From a bacterium (GTDB taxonomy: Bacteria; UBA8248): a stretch of 64,000 bases of DNA. Positions 23,752-33,670 of this stretch are shown one piece after another. The DNA is taken from contig CBDBEV010000001.1 of the NCBI GenBank assembly GCA_965204535.1, positions 1,984,001 through 2,048,000 on the forward strand, read 5' to 3'. Both the position numbers and the translations under genes were made by a program. The first letter of the stretch is position 1. Each line of letters opens with the position of its first letter. The notes below the pieces were generated by a model, which searched no databases, was not told the DNA's origin, and worked only from the letters and a program-made list of their open reading frames with translations.

Positions 23752-24495
23752 CTATCTTACTTTCAATTTCTCGAAAAATCCGCGAATTCGCCTGGCGTTC
23801 GCACCAATATCGCCGACGCCGACGCGGGATTTCGAGCGGATGTCGAGGCGCGTCGTTCCGCTGCTCGACGTGATCCGTATGACGATATCGTCAACGAACC
23901 CGTACCAGAAAGTCGTGTCATAGGCCTCGATGCGTCCTTGATCCGGTTTTGATGACACCACATGCCAGCCCATGGCGTGCGCGGCGTCCTGAGCGCGCTT
24001 GAAAACTTCTTCTTTTGAAGTTTGGAAAATAAGTGGTTTGATATCCGGATACGCTTTTTTCTGCAGCCGCGCGATGCGCGTCCCCTCGTAGGCGGGCGGG
24101 TTCTTCGCCCCTGTCCTGAGCGTGAGAACGGCTTGAAAGACGGGCGGATTCCGGGTGTCCGTCGTGATGTCGTGAATCTTGGGCACCCGTCTCGCGATCT
24201 GCATGTGCGCGTGAAGAAAGCCCGCAACGATGAAGCCGAGTGCGATGCCGAGCGCGGCGGCCAACGTCTTGACCCTGGAGGCGTCGCGCAAAGCGAACAA
24301 GCCACCCGCCATGGAGACGGCGACTGAGATGAGAGCGATAACGGATGCGGACTTGAAAATCTGGAACCCCGTGCTGAAATGCCACAGTTCCCAGCGATGG
24401 CCCAGACCCGACGCCACGGCGGCCAGCGCGCAAGCACCCGATATGAACAGACCCACATACGATATGGATGAGAGGGATTGTGATTTGTCAGCCAC
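23752..24495 (-). CDS. DUF1499 membrane protein
   Basis: IHDITTD, FWYGFVDDIVIRI, DIRSKSRVGVGDIGANARRI. Confidence 0.85.
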   Translation of the reverse strand: MADKSQSLSSISYVGLFISGACALAAVASGLGHRWELWHFSTGFQIFKSASVIALISVAVSMAGGLFALRDASRVKTLAAALGIALGFIVAGFLHAHMQIARRVPKIHDITTDTRNPPVFQAVLTLRTGAKNPPAYEGTRIARLQKKAYPDIKPLIFQTSKEEVFKRAQDAAHAMGWHVVSSKPDQGRIEAYDTTFWYGFVDDIVIRITSSSGTTRLDIRSKSRVGVGDIGANARRIRGFFEKLKVR

Positions 24496-25087
24496 GTATT
24501 TTCTTTTTCAACCTCTCGATGGCATCCTGCAATTCTTTCGGTCCTTCGGGATTTTGCTTCACGTGCCCGAAGGCGTAGTTGATCGAGTTGGCGAAGTTTC
24601 TGTAGGAGACGGCCGCGATAATGTCCACGATGTTCTCCTCGCTGAAGCCGGCGGCCCTCAGACTTTCGATGTCCGTTTTTTGCATCGAGTGAGGCGTGTG
24701 GGTGAACTTCTCCGCATAGGCGAGCATGGCACGGTCCGCCGGGTCGAGGATTCCCGCGCGCTTCGGGTCGTCCAGCACCTCGGCTACTTCGGCGATGGAG
24801 GCGTCATCGCATTCGTCACGGAACAACTGCCCGTGGTTCATCGCTCAGCCGTATCACCCCCCATGGGCCGCCACGTAGAAGGCGAGCAACTCCGCCCGCC
24901 TCGTTCCGAGGCTCGAGCCTCCATGAACGGCGTGGCGGAGCGTTTCACGCCCGGCCAGAATATCGGGCCTCCTGCCCATCTCGAGAAACATCCTGGGAAT
25001 CGGTTTTCTCGCCTTGCGCAGGTCTTCGATAATTTCTTTTGTGGCTCCCTCCGCTACATACGGAGAAATGGGTTGAATCCAACTCAT
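24488..25087 (-). CDS. AhpD/CMD-like peroxidase-related protein, predicted selenoprotein with UxxU (199 aa by readthrough)
   Basis: ORFs 24854-25087 and 24488-24841 are in frame, joined by GGG-TGA-TAC-GGC-TGA-GCG-ATG-AAC-CAC at the CxxC...H position; SECIS-like hairpin follows. Confidence 0.8.
24817..24835 (-). promoter_or_regulatory. Putative bacterial SECIS hairpin
   Basis: CACGGGC-AGTT-GTTCCGTG; GU-containing loop 16 nt after the second UGA and 25 nt after the first. Confidence 0.55.
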
Positions 25088-25278
25088 GATGCTCCCCTTT
25101 AATGATAGGGAAAGAGGTTCTCAAGCATAGGAGAAATACGCAAGAGATACGTTCCACGTCATTGCTTTTTTTCTCTTGCTGCTGATCGCATTCTTCAGCA
25201 TAGATTGTCTTGCTTGTCATGGTAGTCGTGTTTCATTATCAACGTGTTAGATTTGTTTTTGCCTTGTCGGAGGACGCC

Positions 25279-25923
25279 ATGAATTTCGACCCGTCGCTGG
25301 TCGTCATCACCGACCGGGAGATATTGGCCCAGGCTTCCGGGTGGAAATTGAGGGATGCAGTTCGGGCAGCGGCGATGAGCGGGGCCGGCATGATCCAGCT
25401 TAGAGAGAAAAACTTGAGCGGCGTGGAGATGATTCGCCTGGCGGATGAAATGCGAGAGGTTCTGGAGGGAACCGGCTGCGCTTTTACGGTGAACGATCGG
25501 GTGGACGTCGCCATGGCCTGTGGCGCGGACGGGGTGCATCTGGGGCAGGAGGATTTTCCGGTTTCGAGGGCCAGGGAGATGGCGGGAGATACGTTGTTTT
25601 ATGGCGTTACAGCCGGAAAATCCGAATGGGCGTCGCGGGCCGCCGCCGAGGATGCGGATTATATCGGCGTAGGCCCTGTATATGCGACGGGGAGCAAGGC
25701 CGATGCGAGAGCGCCGATCGGGCCGGAAGGATTCCGGCGGATTATCGAACACGCCCCCGGCTTGCCCGCCGTCGCCATCGGGGGAATCGGTATCGAGAAC
25801 GTGGAGCCCGTCATCGAAGCCGGCGCCTCCGGCGTCGCTGTTATCGGTGCTGTGATGGGGGCGTCCGACCCGGGAGCCGCGACCCGGGAGTTGCGCAATC
25901 GCATCGAGAGGGCGAGAGGGTGA
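25279..25923 (+). CDS. thiE: Thiamine-phosphate synthase
   Basis: IQLREK, VNDRVDVA, ADGVHLGQED, AIGGI. Confidence 0.93.
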   Translation: MNFDPSLVVITDREILAQASGWKLRDAVRAAAMSGAGMIQLREKNLSGVEMIRLADEMREVLEGTGCAFTVNDRVDVAMACGADGVHLGQEDFPVSRAREMAGDTLFYGVTAGKSEWASRAAAEDADYIGVGPVYATGSKADARAPIGPEGFRRIIEHAPGLPAVAIGGIGIENVEPVIEAGASGVAVIGAVMGASDPGAATRELRNRIERARG

Positions 25924-26948
25924 ACGGCGAAGCAGCGAGAGAGATTAGCGAGTTTGCCCTGATAGAACGCCTGAGAAACAAACTCGGCTCGGTGGGGAAC
26001 AGCGAGGACGTCATCGTCGGCAACGGGGATGATGCGGCCGTCATCAGGGCGGGGGATGGGAAATGCTGGGTCGTGACGTGCGATGCGCAGGTGAGCGGCG
26101 TGCATTTCCCGTCCACGGGGGATGTTTCCGGTTTCGCCGCGGGTTACAAGTCGCTGGCGGTGAACGTGAGCGATGTGGCGGCCATGGGGGGCAGGCCTCG
26201 CTTTGCGCTCATCTCGCTGGGCATACCCGAAAAGACGCCTGTTTCGTTTCTGGATGACGTGTATGGCGGGGTTCGCGCGCTCTCGGAGCAGTACGACATT
26301 TTGGTTCTTGGTGGAAACGTCACGCGGACGAGTGGTCCTTTGTTCGTCGACGTGTTCCTCGTCGGCGAGGTGATGGAGGAGCAGGTGCTTCGCCGAAGCG
26401 GCGCCCACGCGGGGGACCGGATTCTGGTGACGGGATATTTGGGAGATGCCGCAGCGGGACTGCATTTATTATCCGGGTCTCAAACACGAGTCCGGGAAGA
26501 CTTGTATGCCTCGCTCACCCGCGCGCAGCTGGAACCGCAGCCCCGGGTTGCGGAGGGGGTAGTTATCGCGGAATCGGGGTTTGCGACCTCCATGGTGGAC
26601 ATCAGCGATGGTCTGGCGGGCGATATCCGCCACCTGTGTGAGGCGAGCGGGGTAGGCGCGCTCCTCTGGGAATCCGAACTGCCCGTCTCCGGCGAACTGC
26701 TTGAAGCAGCCTCTGTCACCGCGAAAAAGCCCATGGAGTGGGCGCTGCACGGTGGAGAGGACTACGAACTTCTCGTCACGACGCCCCCTGAATTCGTTGG
26801 TGCGCTTCAGGAAGCCCTCCGGCGGGCGGGTGGGGCGCCGCTTACGCCCGTCGGAGAAATCCTGCCGGCCTCACAGGGAATTTCTCTCAAACGCGCAAAC
26901 GGGATTTTTGCGCTGGAAAACTTCGCCTGGGAGCATTTTTCCGCCTGA
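25920..26948 (+). CDS. thiL: Thiamine-monophosphate kinase
   Basis: EFALIE, GDDAA, NVSDVAAMGG, DISDGL, GGEDYEL; GTG start overlaps the thiE stop. Confidence 0.93.
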   Translation: MNGEAAREISEFALIERLRNKLGSVGNSEDVIVGNGDDAAVIRAGDGKCWVVTCDAQVSGVHFPSTGDVSGFAAGYKSLAVNVSDVAAMGGRPRFALISLGIPEKTPVSFLDDVYGGVRALSEQYDILVLGGNVTRTSGPLFVDVFLVGEVMEEQVLRRSGAHAGDRILVTGYLGDAAAGLHLLSGSQTRVREDLYASLTRAQLEPQPRVAEGVVIAESGFATSMVDISDGLAGDIRHLCEASGVGALLWESELPVSGELLEAASVTAKKPMEWALHGGEDYELLVTTPPEFVGALQEALRRAGGAPLTPVGEILPASQGISLKRANGIFALENFAWEHFSA

Positions 26949-27209
26949 AAGTTTTCGTCGTGAATGGGTGGCGCACCGCATGAGCCAAGCGTTCCCATTT
27001 TGAGAACTGATCCCCCGCGAGAGCGGGGCCTTGGAGTTTGCCCTTCGCATCGGCCACGTCTGGGAGAACTCGCGAAGACGTTTTTTACTATCATCCCGAT
27101 GCCGGGAAGAGCGCGTAGAATTTCATCAAGATTCCTTGACAGACAGCCCCGCGCCTTTGCACATTCTATACATTCGCAAAAATCTTCTTGGCTTTTACTC
27201 AGGATGGGG

Positions 27210-28454
27210 ATGATGAACGCACAGGGACCATTGAAGGGAATTCGCGTGTTGGACTTGTCCCGAATTCTCGCCGGGCCTTTTTGCACCACGATGCTCTCCG
27301 ATCTGGGTGCGGAAATCTTCAAGCTTGAATCTCCCGGAAACGGCGATGAAACCCGCACCTGGGGTCCTCCGTTCAAGAAAGGAGAAAGTGCCTATTTTTT
27401 GGGTGTGAACCACGGCAAGAAGAGTATCGTGGTCGACCTCAAAAAAAGCGAAGGCCTCGAGGTCGCCCGCGCCATTGCAAAAAAGGTGGACGTGTTTGTC
27501 GAGAATTTTCGCCCCGGCGTCGTGGATCGCCTGGGCGTCGGGTATGAGGCGCTGTCCGCCTTGAACCCCCGACTGATATACGTTTCCGTCTCCGGTTTCG
27601 GGCAGACGGGCCCGTATCGGGAACGCTCGGGTTTTGACATCGTCGGCCAGGCGATGAGCGGCATCATGAGCGCAACGGGCGAACCGGACGGCGGACCTTG
27701 CAAGGCCGGGGTTCCGCTCAGCGACCTCACGGCGGGCATGTGGGCGGCTTACAGCGTAAGCAGCGCATTGTTCGCCAGGGAGAAGACGGGCAGGGGGCAA
27801 TACATCGATCTGTCCCTTCTCGACAGCAGCGTGTCGCTGCTCACGAACCTGAGCGGCTGCTATTTCATGGATGGCAGCATGAGCGAGCGGTGGGGTTCGG
27901 CCCATTTTCAAATCGTCCCCTATCAGGCGCTCAAGGCCAAGGATAAGGAAATCATCATCGGCGTGACGAGTGATCGGTTCTGGGGTTATTTCTGTGACAT
28001 CATCGAGGCTCCTGAGCTGACGAATGACCCGAGGTTCGTCGACATTCCCAACCGCGCGAAAAATCGCGCTCAGCTCATCCCCATATTGGAGCGGTATCTC
28101 TGCAGGCGAAACGGAAATGAATGGCTGAAATTACTGGAGGAAAAAGGGATTCCCTGCGGCCCGGTTTATGATGTCGGCGAAGCGCTCGAGGATGAGCAGG
28201 TTCGCCACAGAGAGATGGTGGTGGAAACGGAACATTCGCTTCTGGGTAAAATGAACACCACCGGTGTTCCCCCAAAATTTTCCGAGCAGCCGGGGAAGGT
28301 GCAAGGGCCGGCTCCTTTGCACGGGGAACATACCCGGGAGATATTGTCGGAACTTCTCCAGTGGAGTGATGAAAGAATAGAAGAGTTGATTCGAGATAAT
28401 GTGGTTTCAGATCCGAAGCCCAGATCGGAGATTGGAATTCCCTTGGAAAATTGA
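27210..28454 (+). CDS. CaiB/BaiF family III CoA-transferase
   Basis: PLKGIRVLDLSRILAGP, ENFRPG, GFGQTGPY, GFD. Confidence 0.92.
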   Translation: MMNAQGPLKGIRVLDLSRILAGPFCTTMLSDLGAEIFKLESPGNGDETRTWGPPFKKGESAYFLGVNHGKKSIVVDLKKSEGLEVARAIAKKVDVFVENFRPGVVDRLGVGYEALSALNPRLIYVSVSGFGQTGPYRERSGFDIVGQAMSGIMSATGEPDGGPCKAGVPLSDLTAGMWAAYSVSSALFAREKTGRGQYIDLSLLDSSVSLLTNLSGCYFMDGSMSERWGSAHFQIVPYQALKAKDKEIIIGVTSDRFWGYFCDIIEAPELTNDPRFVDIPNRAKNRAQLIPILERYLCRRNGNEWLKLLEEKGIPCGPVYDVGEALEDEQVRHREMVVETEHSLLGKMNTTGVPPKFSEQPGKVQGPAPLHGEHTREILSELLQWSDERIEELIRDNVVSDPKPRSEIGIPLEN

Positions 28455-28472
28455 GGACTCTCGATGAGCGCC

Positions 28473-29630
28473 TCATTTTGCAGACAGCCTTTCTATCAAT
28501 CCCCCGAGCAGCGCGCCTCTTGGCGCGAGCGAATCGAGTTCCAGGTATTCCTCGGCAGTATGCAAATTTCCACCTACGGGTCCCAGGCCGTCGAGAACGG
28601 CAACTCCAAGCGGGGAGAGGTAATTTCCGTCGGAGCCCCCACCGGTGGGGCCGTGCTTGAATTCGACGCCCGCATCCAGGGCGATTTCTGCCGCGATAGA
28701 GAGGAGTTTTTCCGTCCCATGGTTGAATTCCATGGCGGGTCTTCCGCTGATTTTTTGGAATATCGAGCGTGTCCCGTCGATGTGCGATTCGGAAATAATG
28801 CGATGCAGTTCATCCGTCATGGAATCGAGAGTCGCTTGTTGGTCTGCGCGCACTTCAATGTGGCAGGAAGCCTCGTCCGCCACGATGTGCGGCCTGTGCC
28901 CACCCGAAAGACCGGTGATGTTGATGGTCCCGTCTCTCCGTTCCAGGTTTTGGATGGCCACCATTTGGTGGGCGAGTTCGTGCACGGCGCTTCTGCCTTT
29001 TTGAGGTTCTACCCCTGCATGGGCCGAGACGCCGCTGACGAGCAATTTCCCGTAGCAGCTCCCTTTTCTCGAGGATACGATGGAGCCGTTTGCACGGCCG
29101 GACTCGATGATCAATGCCGCGGCGGCGTCTTTGCCGATTCGCTCTATCACTTCCCTCGAAGAGGGATTCCCGCGTTCTTCATCGGTGTCGTATAAGATAC
29201 TGATTTTCCCGAATTCCTCGAATCCTTCGGCCAGTAGCGCCTCCATCGCGAATTGACAAACCACGAGACATCCCTTCATGTCGGCCACCCCGGGGCCGCA
29301 GGCAATCCCGTCTTTTATGGTGAACGGTCTTTGCGCGGCGGTGCCCTCGGAGAAAACGGTGTCGCAATGGCCGATGAGGAATATATGAGGGCCGTCTTTT
29401 CTTACGCCGTGAAACGTCGCCAGAAGGTGGTCCCCCGTTTCATGCGTGCCGGGAATCATCTCTACGTCAGCTCCCATGGCGCGATATTTTTCAGCGAAAT
29501 GGGAGGAGACGGCGTTCGTTCCCTTGCTGGGAAACGTCGGGGAATCGATGCTCACCACGTGGGCGATTTGCTCGATGATTTCCTCTTGTCTGGCTTCAAG
29601 CGCTTTTCTGATGGCGGCCGCGCCGATCAT
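28473..29630 (-). CDS. M20 family metallopeptidase (carboxypeptidase G2-like)
   Basis: GHCDTV, GVADMKG, DEERG, GGGSDGN, HTAEE. Confidence 0.88.
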   Translation of the reverse strand: MIGAAAIRKALEARQEEIIEQIAHVVSIDSPTFPSKGTNAVSSHFAEKYRAMGADVEMIPGTHETGDHLLATFHGVRKDGPHIFLIGHCDTVFSEGTAAQRPFTIKDGIACGPGVADMKGCLVVCQFAMEALLAEGFEEFGKISILYDTDEERGNPSSREVIERIGKDAAAALIIESGRANGSIVSSRKGSCYGKLLVSGVSAHAGVEPQKGRSAVHELAHQMVAIQNLERRDGTINITGLSGGHRPHIVADEASCHIEVRADQQATLDSMTDELHRIISESHIDGTRSIFQKISGRPAMEFNHGTEKLLSIAAEIALDAGVEFKHGPTGGGSDGNYLSPLGVAVLDGLGPVGGNLHTAEEYLELDSLAPRGALLGGLIERLSAK

Positions 29631-30412
29631 TCGTTTCGCCCCTTGCTGTAAAAATTTCCCGCAACAGAATCTCCCGTGAGCAGGTAATCGTAAATGCCGT
29701 CGGGTACGGCCTCAAATATCGTCTGAGCTTCCTGAAGGGCTTCTTGGGAGGTGCAATGGCTCAGGTAGAGTATCCGCTTTGCGCCTTTGGGAAACCGATT
29801 CGGGTAGCTCTCCGGATGACTCGCCAATCTCGCCAGATGATGTGCGCCGATAACTTCCCCGGCTTCTAAGCCTGCGATGGTGCGAACTTTTTCCATGCGA
29901 TGGACGATTCGCTCATCCGCTCTTCGCCCGATTGCGGCGAGTCCCAGCACGAGTACGCAATGAGTCGCTCCTTGGGGTATGACCGGCTCATCTGGCCCCG
30001 GGGCCTTGATGAGTCGTTTTCTGGCGCCATCGGTTTTCACGACCATCACGCCGTGAAAGCCCGAGGCGCGCAGGGCCTCCACTTGGTTCGCCTCGAGGCC
30101 GCGAAACATGTTCTGGGGCAGTTTTTTCTCTACCCAGACGACGGCGCCGCGCCCCGACCAATCACGGGCGACGGATTGCAGTTCAGCGTGACCCTCCTCG
30201 CTCAACAGCACTGGCGGCGCGTCTTCGCCGCCCAGGGCGTGGAGGTTCGTCGTGCTGGTGATAATGACGGGAAACGGCTCATCCAGCATCTCCCGGATGA
30301 GCCGCTTCATGAGCGTGGCCTTGCCGCCGGCGCCCATGACGCAGACCATGTCTCCGGGGGCGATGTCCATCAGCGGGCGCAGCTTTTGCGAAGAAAATGG
30401 TTCCATGGGCAT
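29627..30412 (-). CDS. yqeC: Selenium cofactor biosynthesis protein YqeC-like
   Basis: MGAGGKATL...ITSTT...KTDGARKRLIKAP..EPVIP. Confidence 0.75.
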   Translation of the reverse strand: MPMEPFSSQKLRPLMDIAPGDMVCVMGAGGKATLMKRLIREMLDEPFPVIITSTTNLHALGGEDAPPVLLSEEGHAELQSVARDWSGRGAVVWVEKKLPQNMFRGLEANQVEALRASGFHGVMVVKTDGARKRLIKAPGPDEPVIPQGATHCVLVLGLAAIGRRADERIVHRMEKVRTIAGLEAGEVIGAHHLARLASHPESYPNRFPKGAKRILYLSHCTSQEALQEAQTIFEAVPDGIYDYLLTGDSVAGNFYSKGRNE

Positions 30413-30414
30413 CT

Positions 30415-31563
30415 TCAAGCCGCGGCACGATAGATTCTCTCGATGTCCTCGAGCGAGAGCTCTTTGGGATTGCAGCTTAAAAGACGCTCTAGCTTGAAGG
30501 CGGCTTCGGCCAGCTCCGGGATGGCGTGTGCGGGGACGTCCACTTCGCCGAGCCGGGTAGGCACCCCGCAATCGCGACAAAGTTTCTCGACCGCGCTGAC
30601 GGAAAGCCCGGCGGCTTCAGCCGTGGACATGTCATCGATGGATTCGCCCAGGATCCGGGCGATGCGGGCGAACTTCTCAGGCGCAGCGGCGTGGTTTTCC
30701 TTCATGACGTGGGAGAACATCAGAGAATTGCTGACCCCGTGGGGAATATGAAACCGCGAGCCGAGCGGATACGCCAGTGCATGGATGGCGCCCGCCCCGG
30801 CTCCTGCGAGCGCGACGCCGCCATAGTATGAACCCAGGGCCATGTTGGTTCTGGCCTCGATGTCGCTTCCGTCGTCACATACGCGCCTCAATGAGCGGGC
30901 GATGAGTTTCATGCCCTCCAGGCTGTACATCTCGCTCAAGGGCGTGGCGTTTCTGGCCACGTAGGTTTCCAGGCAATGCGTGAAGGCGTCCACACCGGCG
31001 GCGGAGGTGACTTTCGGCGGTGCGGAAAGCGTGAGATTCGGGTCGACGATGGCGGCGAACGGGATGACGTGCGTACTCACGATGGCCAGTTTCACCTGTT
31101 CTTCCGGCACAGAGAAGATGGCGTTGGGTGTGGCCTCGGCGCCCGTTCCACTCGTGGTGGGCGCCAGAATGGTGGAGCGGCCCGGTTTCGGCACGAGTTC
31201 TATGCCCAGATAATCCCTGGGCGCGCCGTCGTTTCCCAGCAGAACGCCGATGGATTTCGCCATGTCCATCGAACTGCCGCCCCCGACCCCGACGACGAGG
31301 TCGAAAGCGCTGTTTTTGAATTCATTATATGCATTTTCGAGATCGCCGATGGCGGGCTCTGGCGGGCACTCATCGTATATCGTTACTTCGACGCCGGCCT
31401 CCTTGAGAGGAGCCAGCGCCATGTCCGCCACGCCTGCGCCTCTCACACCCTTGTCCGTGAAGAAAAGCGCGTTGCGGGCGCCTAAAAACGCCGCTTCATC
31501 CTTGATTTTCGCTATGGTTCCGAGGCCGAACCAGGTTCGTTTCGGGTGGCGTATGCTGTACAT
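30415..31563 (-). CDS. Iron-containing alcohol dehydrogenase
   Basis: GGGSSMD, PTTSGTGAE, DAFTH, HALAY, PHG. Confidence 0.92.
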   Translation of the reverse strand: MYSIRHPKRTWFGLGTIAKIKDEAAFLGARNALFFTDKGVRGAGVADMALAPLKEAGVEVTIYDECPPEPAIGDLENAYNEFKNSAFDLVVGVGGGSSMDMAKSIGVLLGNDGAPRDYLGIELVPKPGRSTILAPTTSGTGAEATPNAIFSVPEEQVKLAIVSTHVIPFAAIVDPNLTLSAPPKVTSAAGVDAFTHCLETYVARNATPLSEMYSLEGMKLIARSLRRVCDDGSDIEARTNMALGSYYGGVALAGAGAGAIHALAYPLGSRFHIPHGVSNSLMFSHVMKENHAAAPEKFARIARILGESIDDMSTAEAAGLSVSAVEKLCRDCGVPTRLGEVDVPAHAIPELAEAAFKLERLLSCNPKELSLEDIERIYRAAA

Positions 31564-31690
31564 GAGGCGAACTCCTTGCTCGTAAGCTGCTTTATCGGGA
31601 AATCGCTGCTCGGGATGTTTTGAACCCCATGGGTCGGCATTATCCCCATGCGCACGACCGGATGCAACGGATTCGGGGGAATTTCGTGAA

Positions 31691-32740
31691 TCAAGGCTTC
31701 CAGCGGCGGTTCATCAGAAGCCGCCATGCGTTCCGGTAGGCGATGAGCTTTCCGGCGGGCGGGCTGATGTTTCCAAGCACGTTTTCACGGAAAAAGAGCG
31801 TTCTTCCCGCATAGGTCCCCGGATTGGCTGGGGAGGAATCGTTCCCGGCGGTGAAATGCCCCACGCGCGCTTCGAGCAACGCCCGCCATTCGCGGGAGAA
31901 TGTTCCTCCCGGGTCGTAGAGATGATTCTTCCGTGGAATGGTTGCATCGGAGGCAGGCGGATCCTGGGTCAGGGTGAAGAGGAGGCCCGCGTGCCTCAGG
32001 CTCAGCGCCCGCAGGAGGCCGTGCCCGTAGCCGGGTAAAGCGTTCGGATTCAATATCCTGCCGGCTTGCGTCCAGACGATTCTCGCCTCGGGCGCCGCCC
32101 TCATTAGCCGCTCGAGTTGCTCAAGGCCACCGTCATCGGGCGGCATGTCGAGAACGAGAAAGCTTTGTTTCGCGGCTGCCAGACGCATCATCGCCCCCAA
32201 AGCCTCTCCGGCCCGTTTCATTCGTGTTTTATCGGAGGATTCCGGCCGCCACGCGATCTTCCCGATCCCGAACGCGCCGCTCGCAAGTTGCCGTTTGATG
32301 CCGGCAAGATAACCGCTACCGGTCCGCATCCAGTCACCCTGGGAAGCCGAGGTGGTGAGCGGTATCAATCGTCCGGGGTATTGCGCTACCACCTTTTTGA
32401 TGGCCTCCTCGCGCGCCGAGGTGACCGCGCCCAGGGCGACGCCCGCGCGGTTCATGCCCTCGATGAGCCCTGCCGCGCTCTTCCAGCGGTCGAGCGAGAT
32501 TTCAAGATCGATCAGGGGATAGGGGCCAGATGCGAGATGTTTCCTGAGAGTGCGTTCATACAGCTTGACCCGCGCCTCGCGGTTTTGCTTCGCCTTCGAT
32601 TTCAGCGCGTTGGGCGGTTTCGCGGCGTCTGCAAGCCCGGCGGTGAAGCACGCCCCGATGAGGCATGAGAACGAGAAGACGATGAGGCGTATCGCCCGTC
32701 TTCGCACCCGCTCGGCTCCGCTGCGGCCCGTCGAAGCCAC
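31691..32740 (-). CDS. Exported hypothetical protein, possibly a degenerate amidohydrolase fold
   Basis: Signal peptide; PLIDLEIS, GIGKI, IVWTQAG, C-terminal IAYRNAWRL. Confidence 0.5.
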   Translation of the reverse strand: MASTGRSGAERVRRRAIRLIVFSFSCLIGACFTAGLADAAKPPNALKSKAKQNREARVKLYERTLRKHLASGPYPLIDLEISLDRWKSAAGLIEGMNRAGVALGAVTSAREEAIKKVVAQYPGRLIPLTTSASQGDWMRTGSGYLAGIKRQLASGAFGIGKIAWRPESSDKTRMKRAGEALGAMMRLAAAKQSFLVLDMPPDDGGLEQLERLMRAAPEARIVWTQAGRILNPNALPGYGHGLLRALSLRHAGLLFTLTQDPPASDATIPRKNHLYDPGGTFSREWRALLEARVGHFTAGNDSSPANPGTYAGRTLFFRENVLGNISPPAGKLIAYRNAWRLLMNRRWKP

Positions 32741-32746
32741 TTTCGT

Positions 32747-33466
32747 CTACTCGTTCACGATGGCGACGGCGCGGATGTGCGTCCCCGTGGCGCCTTGCCA
32801 GTGAAGCGGCAGGACGCTCGCCGTGAACCCGTGCGCAGCGGGAATGGCGCCTAGGTTGCAGAGGTTCTCGATGTGCCAGTATTCGCGCGTCTGGAAGAGG
32901 CGGTGGCACGGCCAGGGGTCGCGCCGCTCCAGCATCTCCTTGATGGGCAAGTCGAAGCCCGGCGCGTCGATGCCCATCACGCTCACGCCCTGGTCGATGA
33001 GCCACTCGGCGCTCTCGCCCACCATGCCGGGGTGGTCCGTCAGGTAGCGCGGCTCGTCGTTGTAGGCGGCCGCCCCCGTCCAGAGGAAGACGATCTCACC
33101 GCCCCGGAGCGTGTAGTCCTCCCTGGCGAGCGCATCTTCCAAGTCTTTGATTTCGATGGCCTCGCCCGGTTTCTTGCCCCGCATGTCGAGCCGCAGGCCC
33201 GGCCCGTAGCATTTCTCCAGCGGGATGTCCTCCGACCACGAATCGTTCCGGCCGCCGTGGCTTCTCGCGTCGATGTGGGTGCCGCAATGCTCGCTGAAGA
33301 TGCACACGCTGTGGGCGAACAGCTCGGGGAAGCCCATCTTGTCGGTGCCGATGCGCTCGGCGGACTCATATGTCGTCTCTATCATCTGGATGACGGGCTG
33401 CGGCGTGCCCGGGTAGCGCTCCATCCACATGTGGACGGGCATGGACAGGTCGATAATTTCAGGCAT
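32747..33466 (-). CDS. Cyclase family (kynurenine formamidase-like) metal hydrolase
   Basis: HCGTHIDA, GIDAPG, HIENL. Confidence 0.88.
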   Translation of the reverse strand: MPEIIDLSMPVHMWMERYPGTPQPVIQMIETTYESAERIGTDKMGFPELFAHSVCIFSEHCGTHIDARSHGGRNDSWSEDIPLEKCYGPGLRLDMRGKKPGEAIEIKDLEDALAREDYTLRGGEIVFLWTGAAAYNDEPRYLTDHPGMVGESAEWLIDQGVSVMGIDAPGFDLPIKEMLERRDPWPCHRLFQTREYWHIENLCNLGAIPAAHGFTASVLPLHWQGATGTHIRAVAIVNE

Positions 33467-33584
33467 TTCCTCGCATCTCCCCTCGTTTCGTCGCATTTCC
33501 CGGTTTCATGCGGGCGGCGATGCGCCTAATATACATCATCGCGCGCAGGGGAGAACCCCCCGGCCCGCCCCGGTTTTCCACCGG

Positions 33585-33652
33585 TTTTATTTTCAGAAAA
33601 ACGTCGTGAATTTATCTTATTTTATCGGATTTTTTAGAATTTTTCAGAAATT
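33585..33652 (-). repeat. AT-rich dispersed element similar to 16748-16806
   Basis: Reverse complement AATTTCTGAAAAATTCTAAAAAATCCGATAAA...TTTCTGAAAAT versus AATTCCTGAAAAATCCCGAAAAATCCGATAAA...TTTCTGAAAAT. Confidence 0.6.
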
Positions 33653-33670
33653 CAAGGTGGGTTCTGCGCC

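Noticed and set aside
24845-24856. Genome-wide UGA reassignment (Trp or Gly)
   Set aside because: Many genes here end in TGA with normal overlaps and no other gene shows an internal TGA
25090-25278. TPP riboswitch upstream of thiE
   Set aside because: No CUGAGA/CCUGA-type conserved core is recognisable
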